DNA of 64,000 nucleotides from Centroscyllium fabricii (lineage: Eukaryota), in contig JBNRSN020000133.1 of assembly GCA_051313645.2 (NCBI GenBank), positions 1,302,001 to 1,366,000 on the forward strand, read 5' to 3'. A program made the position numbers and the translations under genes. The notes beneath the pieces were generated by a model that ran no database searches, had not been told where the DNA came from, and saw only the letters and a program-made list of their open reading frames with translations. Below, piece by piece: positions 9,550 through 21,292 of the stretch; position 1 is the stretch's first letter; every line of letters starts with the position of its first letter.

Positions 9550-11460
9550 TCATAGAAACATAGAAACATAGAAAGTAGGAGCAGCAGTCGGCCATTCGGC
9601 CCTTCGAGCCTGCTCCGCCATTCAATGAGATAATGGCTGATCATTCAAACCCAGTATACCGCCCCTGCCCTCACCCCATATCCCCCGATCCCTATCGAGC
9701 CTACATCAACACATACCCCACCCAATCCCCATGTGGCATTAGATTAATAACGAGCAATTTTCTAACGCTTTCCGCATTTAAGAACATAAGAAATAGGAAC
9801 AGCAGTCGGACAATCGTCCCCTCGAAACTGCTCCGCCATTCAATAAGATCACAGGTGATCTGATTTTAGCCTCAACTCTACTTTCATCCTCAATCGAACC
9901 CGAAACCATGTGATCTCCCGGGAGAGGCGAAAAGCCAGATAAAAACCCAGGCCAATTTGGGGGTGGGAATCTGCAAACATTCCTCTCCGACACATTTAGA
10001 CGATCAAAACTTTCCAGGAGATCATGTTGGCCCTGAATTTCCTGCAGAACCTGCCTACTGTAAGATGTGATCTCCACCCCAGCCAGGTACAGGCCCGATT
10101 TACTCTTGAAGGAGTCCAGCGAATCATCATGCACTGCCCCAGTTTGCAGCCTGTTCCCGAGGTCTCCACTTCTCCCTGTGAAAAGAACCATCTCCTGACA
10201 TCTAACATAGAATTAGAACACAAGAAATATGAGCTGGACCAGGCCACACGGCCCCTGGGCCCGCTCCGCCACCCACAGGACTATGGCCCATCCGAACCTA
10301 GACTCATGTCCATTCCCTGACCGCTCAGTGGAACCCCTAATTCACTTTACTTCTAGGAAACTGTCGATCGCTGCTTTAAATTTATTTAATGATGTAGATT
10401 CCACAGCTCTCTGGGGTAGACAATTCCACAGATTTAATAAGAACATAAGAACATAAGAAGTAGGAGCAGGAGTAGGCCAATCGGCCCTTCGAGCCTGCTC
10501 CGCCATTCAATAAGATCATGGCTGATCTGATCCTAACCTCAATTTTATTTTTACTCTCTACCCCGCCCAAACCAATTTAATCACCTAGGAGAGGTGAAAA
10601 ACCAGACATGGCCGATCTCAACCTAGCCTCACGTCCACTTAACAGCCCGTTCACCATAACCCCTAATTCCCTTTAATTCCAGGAAACTGTCTATCTCAGT
10701 TTTAAATTTATTCAACGTAGTAGCTTCTACAGCTCTCTGGGGTAGCAAATTCCAGAGCTGCACCACCCTCTGAGTAAAGAAGTTCCCCCTCATCTCAGTT
10801 TTAAAATGGGACCCCTTTATTTTAAGATTATGCCCCCTAGTCCTAGTCTCACCCACCATTGGGAACATCCTCACCGCATCCACCCGATCAAGCCCTCTCA
10901 CAATCTTAAATATTTCAATAAGATCGCCTTTCATTCTTCTGAACTCCAATGAGTAGAGGCCCAATCCACTCAGCCTCTCGTCATATGTTAGCCCCCTCAT
11001 CCCCGGAACTAACCTAGTGAATCTTCTCTGCACTGCCTCGAGAGCAAGTATGTCCTTTCTTAAATAGGGACACCAGAACTGCACGCAGTATTCCAGGTGT
11101 GGTCTCACCAATACCCTGTACAACTGCAACAAGACCTCCCTGCTTTTATACTCATCTCAGTTTTGAAAGGGAAGACGCTTATTCTCAGATTATGCCCCCT
11201 TGTTCTAATCTCCCCATCATTGGAAACATCCTCACCACATCCACCCGATCAAGCCCCCTCACAATCTTTTTGTTCTAAAAGTTTGCATCTCATTCTTCTG
11301 AACTCCAATGAGTAGAGGTCCAATCTACACAAACTCTCCTCATATATCAAACCCCTGATCCTCGGAATTAACCGAGTGAACCTTCTTTGTACTACCTCGA
11401 GAGAAAATATGGAGAACAAATCTATATGTGGTATTCCAGGTGTCATCTCACTAATATCTT
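9550..11460 (-). mobile_element. Cluster of stacked CR1/HE1 3' fragments
   Basis: Repeated (AAGAACAT)n tails with GGAGCAGGAGTAGGCC 3' UTRs at ~9550, 9780, 10215 and 10440; ORF 10629-11132 is a CR1 ORF2 C-terminus; a further fragment at 11150-11460. Confidence 0.88.
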
Positions 11461-12334
11461 TGCAAGAAGAGATCTCCCTGCGATGTCATACTTATCACTG
11501 ATCAGCAATTTAAAAGGCGCTTTATTTATCACAGTCACGGCTCTCCCTCTTGGTTTATTCTTAACGCTCTTGCTGCAATATACACACATTGCATCATTCT
11601 CATGTCGTTCTATGTGAATTAAACAACTTCTTCAATAGGACCAATGTCAGCAAGCTTGCGATGGCCGAAAGTTGCATGTGAGGACACCAAGTATCGAACC
11701 ACTATTATTGCATAGAGAGTCCTGAAATGATGATGAGGTCATTTGCAAGTTGTGGAAGGTTATATAGGTTATTATTGTGAACTCACTTCGATAAGCTGAA
11801 AAACTAAGAGGGAAGTTAAAAGGTGGCACGTGAGAAATCAAAAGATATGATTAGGTTAAAAATGAAGATGAATGATTGAAGGAGATACTAACCAACGACT
11901 TCGCTCGATTTTTGCAACAAAATGCGTTATTGTGATTTGAAATATACACGGGAAGAATGCGGAGCAGCTCAATATGATAACTATAGATAAAGAACGCGTG
12001 CTGAAAACAATGATGAAAGTCAAAAGATGGCCTGTATCCTAGAATGTTGAGAATTGACATGTAGCAAGTATTTGATGCTCTGACCACAAACCTTCAAACA
12101 TGCTTGGTATGAAACTTGTGCCAGAGCACTAATATATTATCTTTGTTCAAGAAGGGAGAGAAGTAGAACTGTGGGGCAGTCAGCCAATCGACAGAGTGGG
12201 TCATTTTCTACAGTCAGAAATTAACATTCACTAACAGAGACTTCATTTAATTAAAGACAATGATCACGCGTCTGTAAAAGGCAAGTTCTCCCTGACAGAT
12301 ATGTAGAGTTCTTCGAAGAACTCTGCACATTTCC

Positions 12335-13255
12335 ATTTCAGTTCTGTGCACCACACCTCAGGAAGGAGAAATTAGACTTGAAGGTGGTGCAGTGCAGATT
12401 CACTAGAATTAAACCAGGGCTAAAAGTGTTAAATTATGTGGACAGGTCACACAGGCTAGGCTTCTACTCTCCTAAATACAAAATATTAAGGGGTGAATTA
12501 AAAGATGTGACTAACATGATTAAAGGATTTAATAGTGTGGATAGAGAAAATATTTCCTGGGAGTGTCAAAAACAAGGGAACATAACCTTAACATTGGAGC
12601 TAGAGCTTTCAGGGATGAATTCCAGTAGCACACCTTCACAAATCTCAAGCTGAAATCTGGAACTCTATCCTTCAAACGGATATTGAGTTTATGTCAACTG
12701 AAAAGAGCAAAAATAACATCAATAGTTTTTTGTCTGAATGGAGGAAAGTAAGCTCGAAAGTTCCTAAAGTGTCAGTATTCGAAATATATATAATAGGATT
12801 CGAGTACAGGAGCCTCAATATCACAATTTGAAACGGAATTCAGCAGCTCCCAGACAGTTTACTAGATTGGGCAGGTAGATGTCAGATGACTTGCAATATG
12901 GAGAATATAAAGTGCTATATGTTGGGAGCAAGAATGAGATAACATATTCATTAAATTGTAACGTTTTAAAATGAGAAGACGAATAGAGACACAGGGGTCC
13001 AGACAGACAGATCTTTCAAAGTGGAAGGCTGTTAAATCAACATACCGGATTCTCGGTTTTCTCAGCAGCGTTAGCCAATGCTAAAGAGAGAGGATAGTAT
13101 CCTACATTTAAAAATCATTGTTTAGGCCTAAAGTGTAAGGTTCTCTCCCGCTGTTGTCCCTTACTTTTGGAAGGATGTCAAAGCAATGGATAACTTGCAG
13201 CAGCTATTCGCCGAGATAATGCCTCCGATGAGCAGTTTTAGTCATATGAAGAACA
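12335..13255 (+). mobile_element. Old degenerate CR1 fragments
   Basis: ORF KVVQCRFTRIKPGLKVLNY...RLGFYS resembles the CR1 ORF2 C-terminus; a second decayed piece lies at ~12860-13250. Confidence 0.6.
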
Positions 13256-13257
13256 TA

Positions 13258-13925
13258 ACAACAGCAGCAAACTTGCATTTATATAGCGCCTTTAACGCAG
13301 GAAAACGTCCCAAGGTGCTTCACTGGAGGCTTTCTATAGAAAATGTGACACCAAGACACATAAGTGGATATTAGAACAGGTGACAGAAAACTTGGGAAAG
13401 TGCTAGGTTTTCAGGAGCTTCTTAAATGAGAATAGAGAGAAGAGCGATGTAGAGATTTCTTGAAAGAAATCCAGAGATTAGGCGCGAGGCATGGCCGCCA
13501 ATGGTGAATAAATGGAAATCGGAATTGCGCAAGAGGCCTGAATTAGAGGAGCGCAGAGATCTCTGAGGGTTTAGGGCTGGAAGATCTGACAGATACCACA
13601 AGGATTCGATGCCAATGTAGATCAGCGAGTGCTTGATGCAAGTTAGGTTACAGGGAGCACAGCTTGGGATCAGCTCAGGTTTACGAATGGTGAATGGTGG
13701 GAGGCCAGCCAGGTGCACATTGGAATATTCAACTCAGATGTGACCAGGGCTCGGATGAGCGTTTCAGCAGCAGAATTGCTGAATCAGGGGCAGAATCTTG
13801 CAATGTAACAGAGGAAACAAGAGGAGCACTAATGATGGCGAGGATGTGGAGTCTAAACCTGAGCTCAGATTGAAGTTGGACGTGGAGGTAGCAAACAGTC
13901 TGGTGCAGCCTGAGACAGTGGCCAT
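13258..13925 (-). mobile_element. L2 LINE 3' fragment
   Basis: Begins with AACTTGCATTTATATAGCGCCTTT (reverse of the L2 tail); minus ORF contains RSLRSSNSGLL...TIGGHA. Homologous to 33350-33975. Confidence 0.8.
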
Positions 13926-14886
13926 GGACGAGTAGTGGTGTCGGTGCTAGCCATGGAGTATGGGCTCGCTGCTGGCCATGAATTATGGTGTCGCTGCAGG
14001 CCATGGAGTGTGGGGTCGCTGCTGGCCATGGAGTATGGCGTCGGTGCTGGCCATGTAGGAGTATGGGGTCGGTGCTGGGCATAGAGTATGAGGTCGCTGC
14101 TGGCCATGGAGTATGTGGTCGGTGCTGGCCATGGAGTGTGGGGTCGCTGCTGGCCATGGACTATGGCGTCGGTTCTGGCCATGGAGTATGGGGTCGGTGC
14201 TGGCCATGGAGTATGGTGTCGGTGCTCGTCATGGAGTATGGTGTCGGTGTTGGCCATGGAGGAGTATGGGGTCGGTGCTGGGCATAGAGTATGGGGTCGC
14301 TGCTGGCCATGGAGTATGGGGTCGCTGTTGGTCATGGAGTATGGTGTCGCTGCTGGCCCTGGAGTATGGGGTCGGCGCTGGCCATGGAGTATGGTGTCGG
14401 TGCTGGTCATGGAGTATGGGGTCGCTGTTGGTCATGGAGTATGGGGTCGCTGCTGGCCATGGAGTATGGTGTCGGTGCTGGCCATGGACTATGGTGTCGG
14501 TGCTGGTCATGGAGTATGGGGTCGCTGCTGGTCATGGAGTATGGGGTCGCTGCTGTCCATGGAGTATGGGGTCGGTGCTGGTCATGGAGGAGTATGGGGT
14601 CGGAGCTGACCACTCAGTGTGGGGTCGGTGCTAGCCATGGACTAAGGGATTGGTGCTGGCCATGGAGTATGGGGTCGGTGCTGGCCATGGAGTATGGGGT
14701 CGGTGCTGGCCATGGAGTATGGGGTCGTTGCTGGCCATGGAGTATGGTGTTGGTGCTGGTCATGGAGTACGGGGTCGCTGCTGGCCATGGAGAATGGGGT
14801 CGGTGCTGGCCATGGAGGAGTATGGGGTCGATGCTGGCCATGGAGTATGGGGTCGGTGCGGGCAATGGAGTATGGGGTCGGTGCTG
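13921..14886 (+). repeat. G-rich 25-bp minisatellite (GGCCATGGAGTATGGGGTCGGTGCT)n, ~38 units, in the J-C1 intron
   Basis: Tandem units read directly; this array explains the many overlapping repetitive ORFs here. Confidence 0.97.
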
Positions 14887-15806
14887 AAGGAACAAATTGA
14901 AACTCGAGCTTTTTCAAGAGAAGAAATTGTGAGGCAGTACAATTCTGAAGCCTTTTGATCAGCTAAGGTTATAATTTTAAAATCATCAGCCAAAGAAATA
15001 AGAGAGAGATAAGGAGAGTTATTTTATTTTAGAGAGGGCCGTGAGGACACGGGACGTCCTACCAGAAACCGAATTCGCACAATATTTTAAAAACGAGCTA
15101 GACACATATTTGAAAATCGCAATATGGGGAAAGCACACGGAAATAGGGCTGTGGGATAAAATATCTGTTACGTCGCTCCTTAACGGGAACTGCACAATAC
15201 CAGCCCTGATTCTGCAATCACCATGTTGAATAGATACAGGCCGGGAATGGACAAATGCTCCATGTGCGCTCCTGGCGTCCGCCACAAGGGCTTTTATTCC
15301 TGTGTGGATTGACCTTGGGTCTTTCACAGAGCCGGCAGTGGCGCCCTGGGCTGAATGAACTCTTCTGTGCTGTAAATGCTATCGATCCATCAACTAATAT
15401 TACCAAAACCTTACTGCTGTCTCTGATCTCTGAGCTCCGAAGTGAAACAGCTCCATAAGCAGGAACATTAAAATAGGTTATTGGTAACAATAATCGATAT
15501 ACTATTTAACATCTGACCAACAGAGCACGTCACACCATGAGTGCATTTATCATCCTTCAGTCCGAAATTAACAAGTGATCAGAACATTATTTGCATGGTC
15601 ATTTATTACCAGAATATTTTTATCCCAACACGCCCATTGTAATATTGCCATATTTTCTCACAGCTTCAATACACCACAGCCACAAAGCAACAGTAAATTG
15701 TAGTGTGTTAAACACAGAGTCACTGGGAAAGTGGCAGCGCAACTTGGGAATAACCCTTTTCAGGCTCTGGCCTTGGACTCTGTCCTTTTCTGTAATAGAA
15801 CAAGGC

Positions 15807-16210
15807 AAACATAGAGACATAGAATCTAGGAGCAGGAGTAGGCCATTCGGCCCTTCGAGCATGCTCCGCCATTCAATGAGATAATGGCTGATCATCCAAA
15901 CCCAGTACCCCTTCCTGCCCTCTCCTTGTATCCTTCGATCCCTATCGAGCCTGCACCGACACATATCCCACCCTATTCCCGTAACCCCATACATTCAATG
16001 CCCCTAACACTAAGGGTCAATTTATCATGGCCAATCAACCTAACCCGCACATCTTTGGACAGTGGGATGAAACCGGAGCACCCGGAGGAAACCCACGCAG
16101 ACACGGGGAGAATGTGCAAAGTCCACACAGATAGTACCCGAGGCTGGATTTGAACCCGGGTCTCCAGTGCTGTGAGACAACAGTGCTAACCACTGTGCCA
16201 CCGTGCCGCC
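15807..16210 (-). mobile_element. HE1-type V-SINE, full length
   Basis: Reverse complement of tRNA head GGCGGCACGGTGGCACAGTGGTTAGC, V-domain TGTGTGGAGTTTGCACATTCTCCCCGTGTCTGCGTGGGTTTCCTCCGG, and a CR1-type tail. Confidence 0.9.
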
Positions 16211-16225
16211 TTGTAATACAATAAT

Positions 16226-16979
16226 GGCCCAAAAATTAGGGTGACCGCGGGCCGTTCTGGAGCCACTTTCTCACGCGTGTGGGCTCCGAATTACAGGTAG
16301 ATGCTGTTTCCCGGTGCTACCTGCAATTCTGATGAAGGCCAGCGGGGTGTCGCGAGCTGCATCACGTTCTCGGGCGCACCAGGAGGTGCGCAGTATAATT
16401 CCAATTTTTTTTAGAGTTTTTTATCTGTGTAAGTATCGGGAAAGTTACGCTGAAAACCATCAGCATTAACGATCACTTTTTATCAGGTAAATATTTTATT
16501 TTATAGAATTTAAGTATTTTTTCACAGGTTTTTACTTTGTTTAAACTTTAAATACAGGTAAGTATTTTTTAAGCCAGTTAATAGCTTACATTTTTTTTGT
16601 ATTTTTTAATTTTTTCTTTAAAATAGGTAATTTATGTTTGTTAGAGTACTGTTAACAAAAATGTGGTGTTTTTTAACTTTTACTTTGTGTTTAGATGTGT
16701 TTTTGAAGCTCTTCCTTTTCATAACTTACACAGATTTCTCCGTGTAAGTTATGAATGGAGGATTGCTCCCATTCATTGGCTGACTACAGGTCACGTGGTC
16801 CCGCGCGAGATCTCCCAATAACTACGACGTTGAGTTACACCAGCGCGGCACCCGGAGCCTGCAGCATCTGTACAATTCGGGATTTCACATCCCACAATTG
16901 CAGAACGGCAGCAGCGCAGGGTTTGTGTACCTCGGAGGCTTACACTCGCAGGAAGGCTCCGAGGCTATATTTTTGGGCC
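16226..16979. mobile_element. Non-autonomous TIR DNA transposon (Harbinger-like MITE), TSD AAT
   Basis: AAT|GGCCCAAAAAT ... ATTTTTGGGCC|AAT; GC-rich ends, AT-rich core. Confidence 0.75.
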
Positions 16980-17041
16980 AATATATTGTGGAAGGTGAAT
17001 GGATCAGTGACATTTCAGATGCGGTTAATTTTAATAATATT

Positions 17042-18235
17042 GGGCCAGAATTTCCTGCGCTCCAGAGGAGCTGCACACGCACAGAGGGGTTCCAAAATGC
17101 ACCGTGTGATGAACGCACGGGGGATGCCCACGGAACGGAGATTTCCAATGCTCAGGGAGAAGAGCCCTCAGCATCAAACGCAGGAGTGAGTTGCACCCAG
17201 AATTTGCAATCCAAAAGGGTGATTTTTGAAGAGTGATTCTCTGTGCAACTGGCCCACAAGCTGCACCCGGGAAAAACAGTAGTAAACTCGTGCGGGAGGG
17301 ACAATATTTAGTTACTAAAGCAGGTAAGTTAATTTTTTTACCTTAATTTTAATTTTTTACAGTTTTTGGGAGTAATGTGGCCAGATCGGTAGCGTTAATT
17401 TTTTAAGGGCGGCATGGTGGCACAGCGGTTAGCCCTGTTGTCTCACAGCACTGGAGACCCGGGTTCAAATCCAGCCTCGGGTACTATCTGTGTGGAGTTT
17501 GCACATTCTCCCCGTGTCTGCGTGGGTTTCCTCCGGGTGCTCCGGTTTCCTCCCACAGTCCAAAGATTTGCGGGTTAGGTTGATTGGCCAGGATAAATTG
17601 ACCCTTAGTGTTAGGGGGATTGAATATGTGCGATTTGTGTCATTGCAGGCTATATGGGGAGAGGGCAGGGGTGGGGTACTGGGATTGGATGATCAGCCAT
17701 GATCTCATTGAATGGCAGAGCAGGCTCGAAGTGCCGAATGGCCTACTCTTGCTTCTATGTTTCTAAGTTAAAGTTTAAAAAAAAACAATTCAAAGCCGAT
17801 ATTAAGTTAATTTACCTGTTTCAAATCGCTAATTTTTAAAGTTAAATTTCTGAATTTTTTAACTAGCTGTAATAAAAAATCTAAGATAAAAAATGGCAGT
17901 CTTACATAGCGTTTCTTCCTCTGAGAAGCTGCTGTGCCCGCGCTGCTCCCCGCCGAGTCGGTGAGTGCAGCTCCGCACGTCCCTGCTCTCACAAAGGTCC
18001 GACTCGGGATCTGTGCGCATTTCTTTATTTAAATTAGATATCTGGGGCGTTTTATATTTCAATTTGGGATCTGTGGACGGGGCATACATTGCGCACCTAG
18101 CGTGGCTGGACTGCCACGCAGCGCAGGAACGGGGAGGAAAGTCAGGGAGCAACATCTGTGCGATGTTGGTGCGTACGATAGGTGTCCGCAGGGTCCTAGC
18201 GCACGCACCAACCTGCACAGACGAAAACCTGGCCC
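17042..18235. mobile_element. Non-autonomous TIR DNA transposon (Harbinger-like MITE), TSD ATT, with nested SINE
   Basis: ATT|GGGCCAGAATTTC ... GAAAACCTGGCCC|ATT. Confidence 0.75.
17407..17765 (+). mobile_element. HE1-type V-SINE nested in the MITE
   Basis: tRNA head, V-domain and CR1-type tail. Confidence 0.9.
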
Positions 18236-18449
18236 ATTGTCTTATATATATATATCCCATGTGTGTTAAACAATTCTGAGCCAGTGCCTGCGAGCCAATC
18301 ATATTATCAGCATCAATAGCTGGTCCCTACTTTTCAAAGTATTTCAGGTGGTGTCAAATTTCACAGCGATGTTAAGTGAAGTAAGACAAAAGGACAATTA
18401 GCCACTGACAATAAGTTCATTACATAAACGAAGAAATACTTGGATTTCT

Positions 18450-18610
18450 ATCATACCTTTCCGACCTCAAGACATCCCAAACCGACTTAAAGGAAATGAG
18501 GAACTTTCTGAAATGCAGTCATTGCTATAATATAGGAAACACGACAGTCAATTTACGCACAACAAGCTCCCACCATCAGCAATGTGATAATGACCAGGTC
18601 ATCTGCTTTA
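18450..18610 (-). mobile_element. DeuSINE 3' fragment just upstream of C1
   Basis: Reverse complement resembles 4700-4850 (CAGATGACCTGGTCATTATCACATTGCTGATGGTGGGAGCTTGTTGTGCG). Confidence 0.65.
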
Positions 18611-18702
18611 TACGTTTGTAGAGGTATACATTTTGTCCAGCACATGGTGGAAATGGTCCGATCGTCATTATAGAGACAGTAAGACTTTTTTTGTTATTGT
18701 AG

Positions 18703-19023
18703 CACCACAACGCAATCCACCAATCATCAGTCTCATCTACTCTGCAACTGACGAACTGAGAGAAAATGGTTTTGTCCAACTGCTTTGCCTCATCAGCAAA
18801 TACCAGCCAGAAAGCATTGGAGTGAGCTGGGAGAAGAACGGAAATGCCATACCGTCTGGCTTTACTACCTCAACACCAGCTAAAAATTCGAACGGAGACT
18901 TTAGCTCCACCAGCTTCCTTCAAGTCCCTCTTCAAGACTGGGTCAGCGGTTCTGTGTACAGCTGCCAAGTGTCCCACTCGGCAACCAGCACTAACCAGCG
19001 GAAAGACATTAGATCAAAATCAG
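18703..19023 (+). CDS. IgNAR: IgNAR constant domain C1 exon
   Basis: Acceptor TTGTAG; APQRNPPIISLIYSATDELRENGFVQLLCLISKYQPESIGVSWEKNG...VYSCQVSHSATSTNQRKDIRSKS; C1-set Cys-Trp-Cys; donor G|GTGAG. Confidence 0.96.
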
Positions 19024-19634
19024 GTGAGCAAATGTAACCAACTCACAAGCTTGTACAGGTGAAACATTCTGCCTTTCTTTATCAGGATTTTATAAATTGG
19101 GATGTTATAGTAATAATTTACCGGTGAGGATGAAACATCCCTGAACTGGTCCTGAGTGAGATCCCTGCCAGTTTAACGGGCAGTGAAATGCTACCACAAA
19201 GAGATTTGGAATTGTTTCAGCGGTAATGGCCGAGGTAACAGAAGGTGATCTTTCAAAGAGCCGGCACAGTGGCCTCGTTCCGTGCTTTCTCATTCAATCA
19301 ATCGAGGTTTCAGCGGCATGGGTGTAGTACCTGACGGCTCTCGCTGCCTGGTGGATGTTACAAAAGGTCTTGAAACCTACACGAGTATTGTGCTGCAGAC
19401 AACAAACACATCGAGCATTATCTTTTATGATATTACAAACGATGTATAACGAATTTTGATACACCCGATTGAATTAATTTACCAAATCAATCCAGGCAAA
19501 ACAGAACAGAAAGATCGAGCGTTGGGCATACTTTACTCAAACAGAATCAAATTTTAACAGCGTGGCTCTATTACTGGTTACACTTGTGGGAATGTATTGT
19601 ATTTGCTGCTAGATATTGGCACAACAATGAAACG

Positions 19635-20510
19635 GGTGAGAGAGGAACGGAGCAAAAAAGGACAGAGGGAGATAGAGAAGGAAAGAGAGAGAGAAATAGA
19701 GACAGAAAGTGAGTGTGAGAGAGATGAGAGAGCGAGTTAAAGAGCCAAAGAGCTAGACAGCGAGATAAACCTGTCACTAGATTAAACCGACAGATATGAT
19801 CACAAAACCAGGTAAACAAAAGCTGTTCTATCGTTTAAATATATCTTTAAAATGCATGGCTAAGGGCTAGGGTACACATGACTAAGTGGAAAGCACTTTC
19901 AGGGAGCTCCGAATCATGATGGACCGAATCTCTTCTACCCTGTATAATTCATTCATTATCCCTCTCGCTCTTCCTCTATATATCTATTTTTGTCTCTCTG
20001 TCAGTCTCTGTCTCTCTGTCCCTCTCTATCACACTTTCTATCTCTCAATGTCTGCCTCGGACTCACTCTGTTTCCCGCTCATCCCTATGTCCCAGTCTCT
20101 CCCCCACAACACCCTCCACTCTCTATATGTCTCTCTCTGCCTCTCACTCTGTCTCTGCCTCACTCTCTGACTGCCTTTCTATCTCCCTCTCTTTATATAT
20201 CCATCTGTCTGTCCCTCATTCTCTGCATCTCTCCCTCTACCTGTCTGTCTCTCTGTCTTTTCCCATATCTCTCTCTCTTTGGGTCTCTGTATTTCTCCGT
20301 CCCCGTCTCTCACACTCTCTTTATATACTTGTCTCTATCTGTCCCTCTCTCTCTGTCTCTGTCTGTCCCCCTCTCTCTGCCTCTGTCTGTCTCTCTATCG
20401 GTCTCTTTATATCTGCTTCTCCCTATGTCTCTGTTACTTTATGTCTCTGTTTTTCTCTGTCTCTGTATTTCTCTCCCTTTCTTTATGTCTCTCTGTCGCT
20501 CTCTCTGTTT
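19635..20510. repeat. Degenerate GA tract (~19635-19770) and long CT-rich low-complexity tract (~19960-20510)
   Basis: Direct reading; produces the spurious Ser/Leu-rich ORFs. Confidence 0.9.
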
Positions 20511-20716
20511 AGATGAATATTACAAAGTTATGATGCGACTCGACACAAGTGGAAAAAGCAAAATAATGCTTTAAACTCAATAATAATCAGTGCGAGACAT
20601 GATCACATATTGCCATTCTATCGACTAAAATTGAAATTTAAATCGTTGTTAATGGTACGAAATCGTCAACTCTAAAATATTGCCCGGATTCTGATCCTCT
20701 GGTTTCTCACTGACAG

Positions 20717-21019
20717 AGCTCGCAGTATTCCTCAGAGACCCTTCCATGAAAGACATTTGGATCAATAAAACTGCCACCTTGGTGTGCGAAGTTGTCTCTA
20801 CAGTCCCCACGGTGATTGCAATCTCTTGGACAGTGGATGGAAAGATGAGGACTGAAGCAGTTCTGACCGAACCAGGTACAAAATATGGAGACCAGTACTT
20901 GACCATTGGCCGCTTGACCAGCAGTGTGGAAGAGTGGGAGAGCGGGGTTGAATACTCGTGTTCGGCACAGGAGGGCCAATCATCGACTGCGGTATCAAAA
21001 CGAACAGCAAAGGCAAAAG
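20717..21019 (+). CDS. IgNAR: IgNAR constant domain C2 exon
   Basis: Acceptor GACAG; ELAVFLRDPSMKDIWINKTATLVCEVVS...SWTVDG...EYSCSAQEGQSSTAVSKRTAKAK; donor G|GTGGGT. Confidence 0.96.
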
Positions 21020-21051
21020 GTGGGTAAAACTCTAAATCCTTGTTTTCCAGT

Positions 21052-21242
21052 GATGTGGCGGTGCCGGTGTTGGACTGGGGTGGACAATTGTAAGAAGTCA
21101 CACAACACCAGGTTATAGTCCAATAGTTTTATTTGAAATCTCTTTTACATGCACCTGATGAAGGAGCACCTCTCCGAAAGCTTGTGATTTCAAATAAAAC
21201 TGTTGGACTATAACCTGATGTTGTGAGACTTCTTATATTTGT
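21052..21242. mobile_element. Penelope-like insertion as an inverted pair in the C2-C3 intron
   Basis: Arms 21084-21140 and 21186-21242 are reverse complements; the loop carries CAC-CTGATGA-AGGAGCACCTCTCC-GAAAGCTT-GTG; flanked by a near-duplicated TTGTTTTC(C)AGTG. Confidence 0.75.
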
Positions 21243-21292
21243 TTTCAGTGGCAGTGGATGGGAGACTAACACTGGGTGAACTTTTGTTACAG

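Noticed and set aside
13729-14993. Many overlapping 70-200 aa ORFs on both strands
   Set aside because: Translations of the 25-bp minisatellite; no splice or domain support.
19886-20574. Hydrophobic Leu/Ser-rich ORFs suggesting a membrane protein
   Set aside because: Translation of a CT-rich low-complexity tract.
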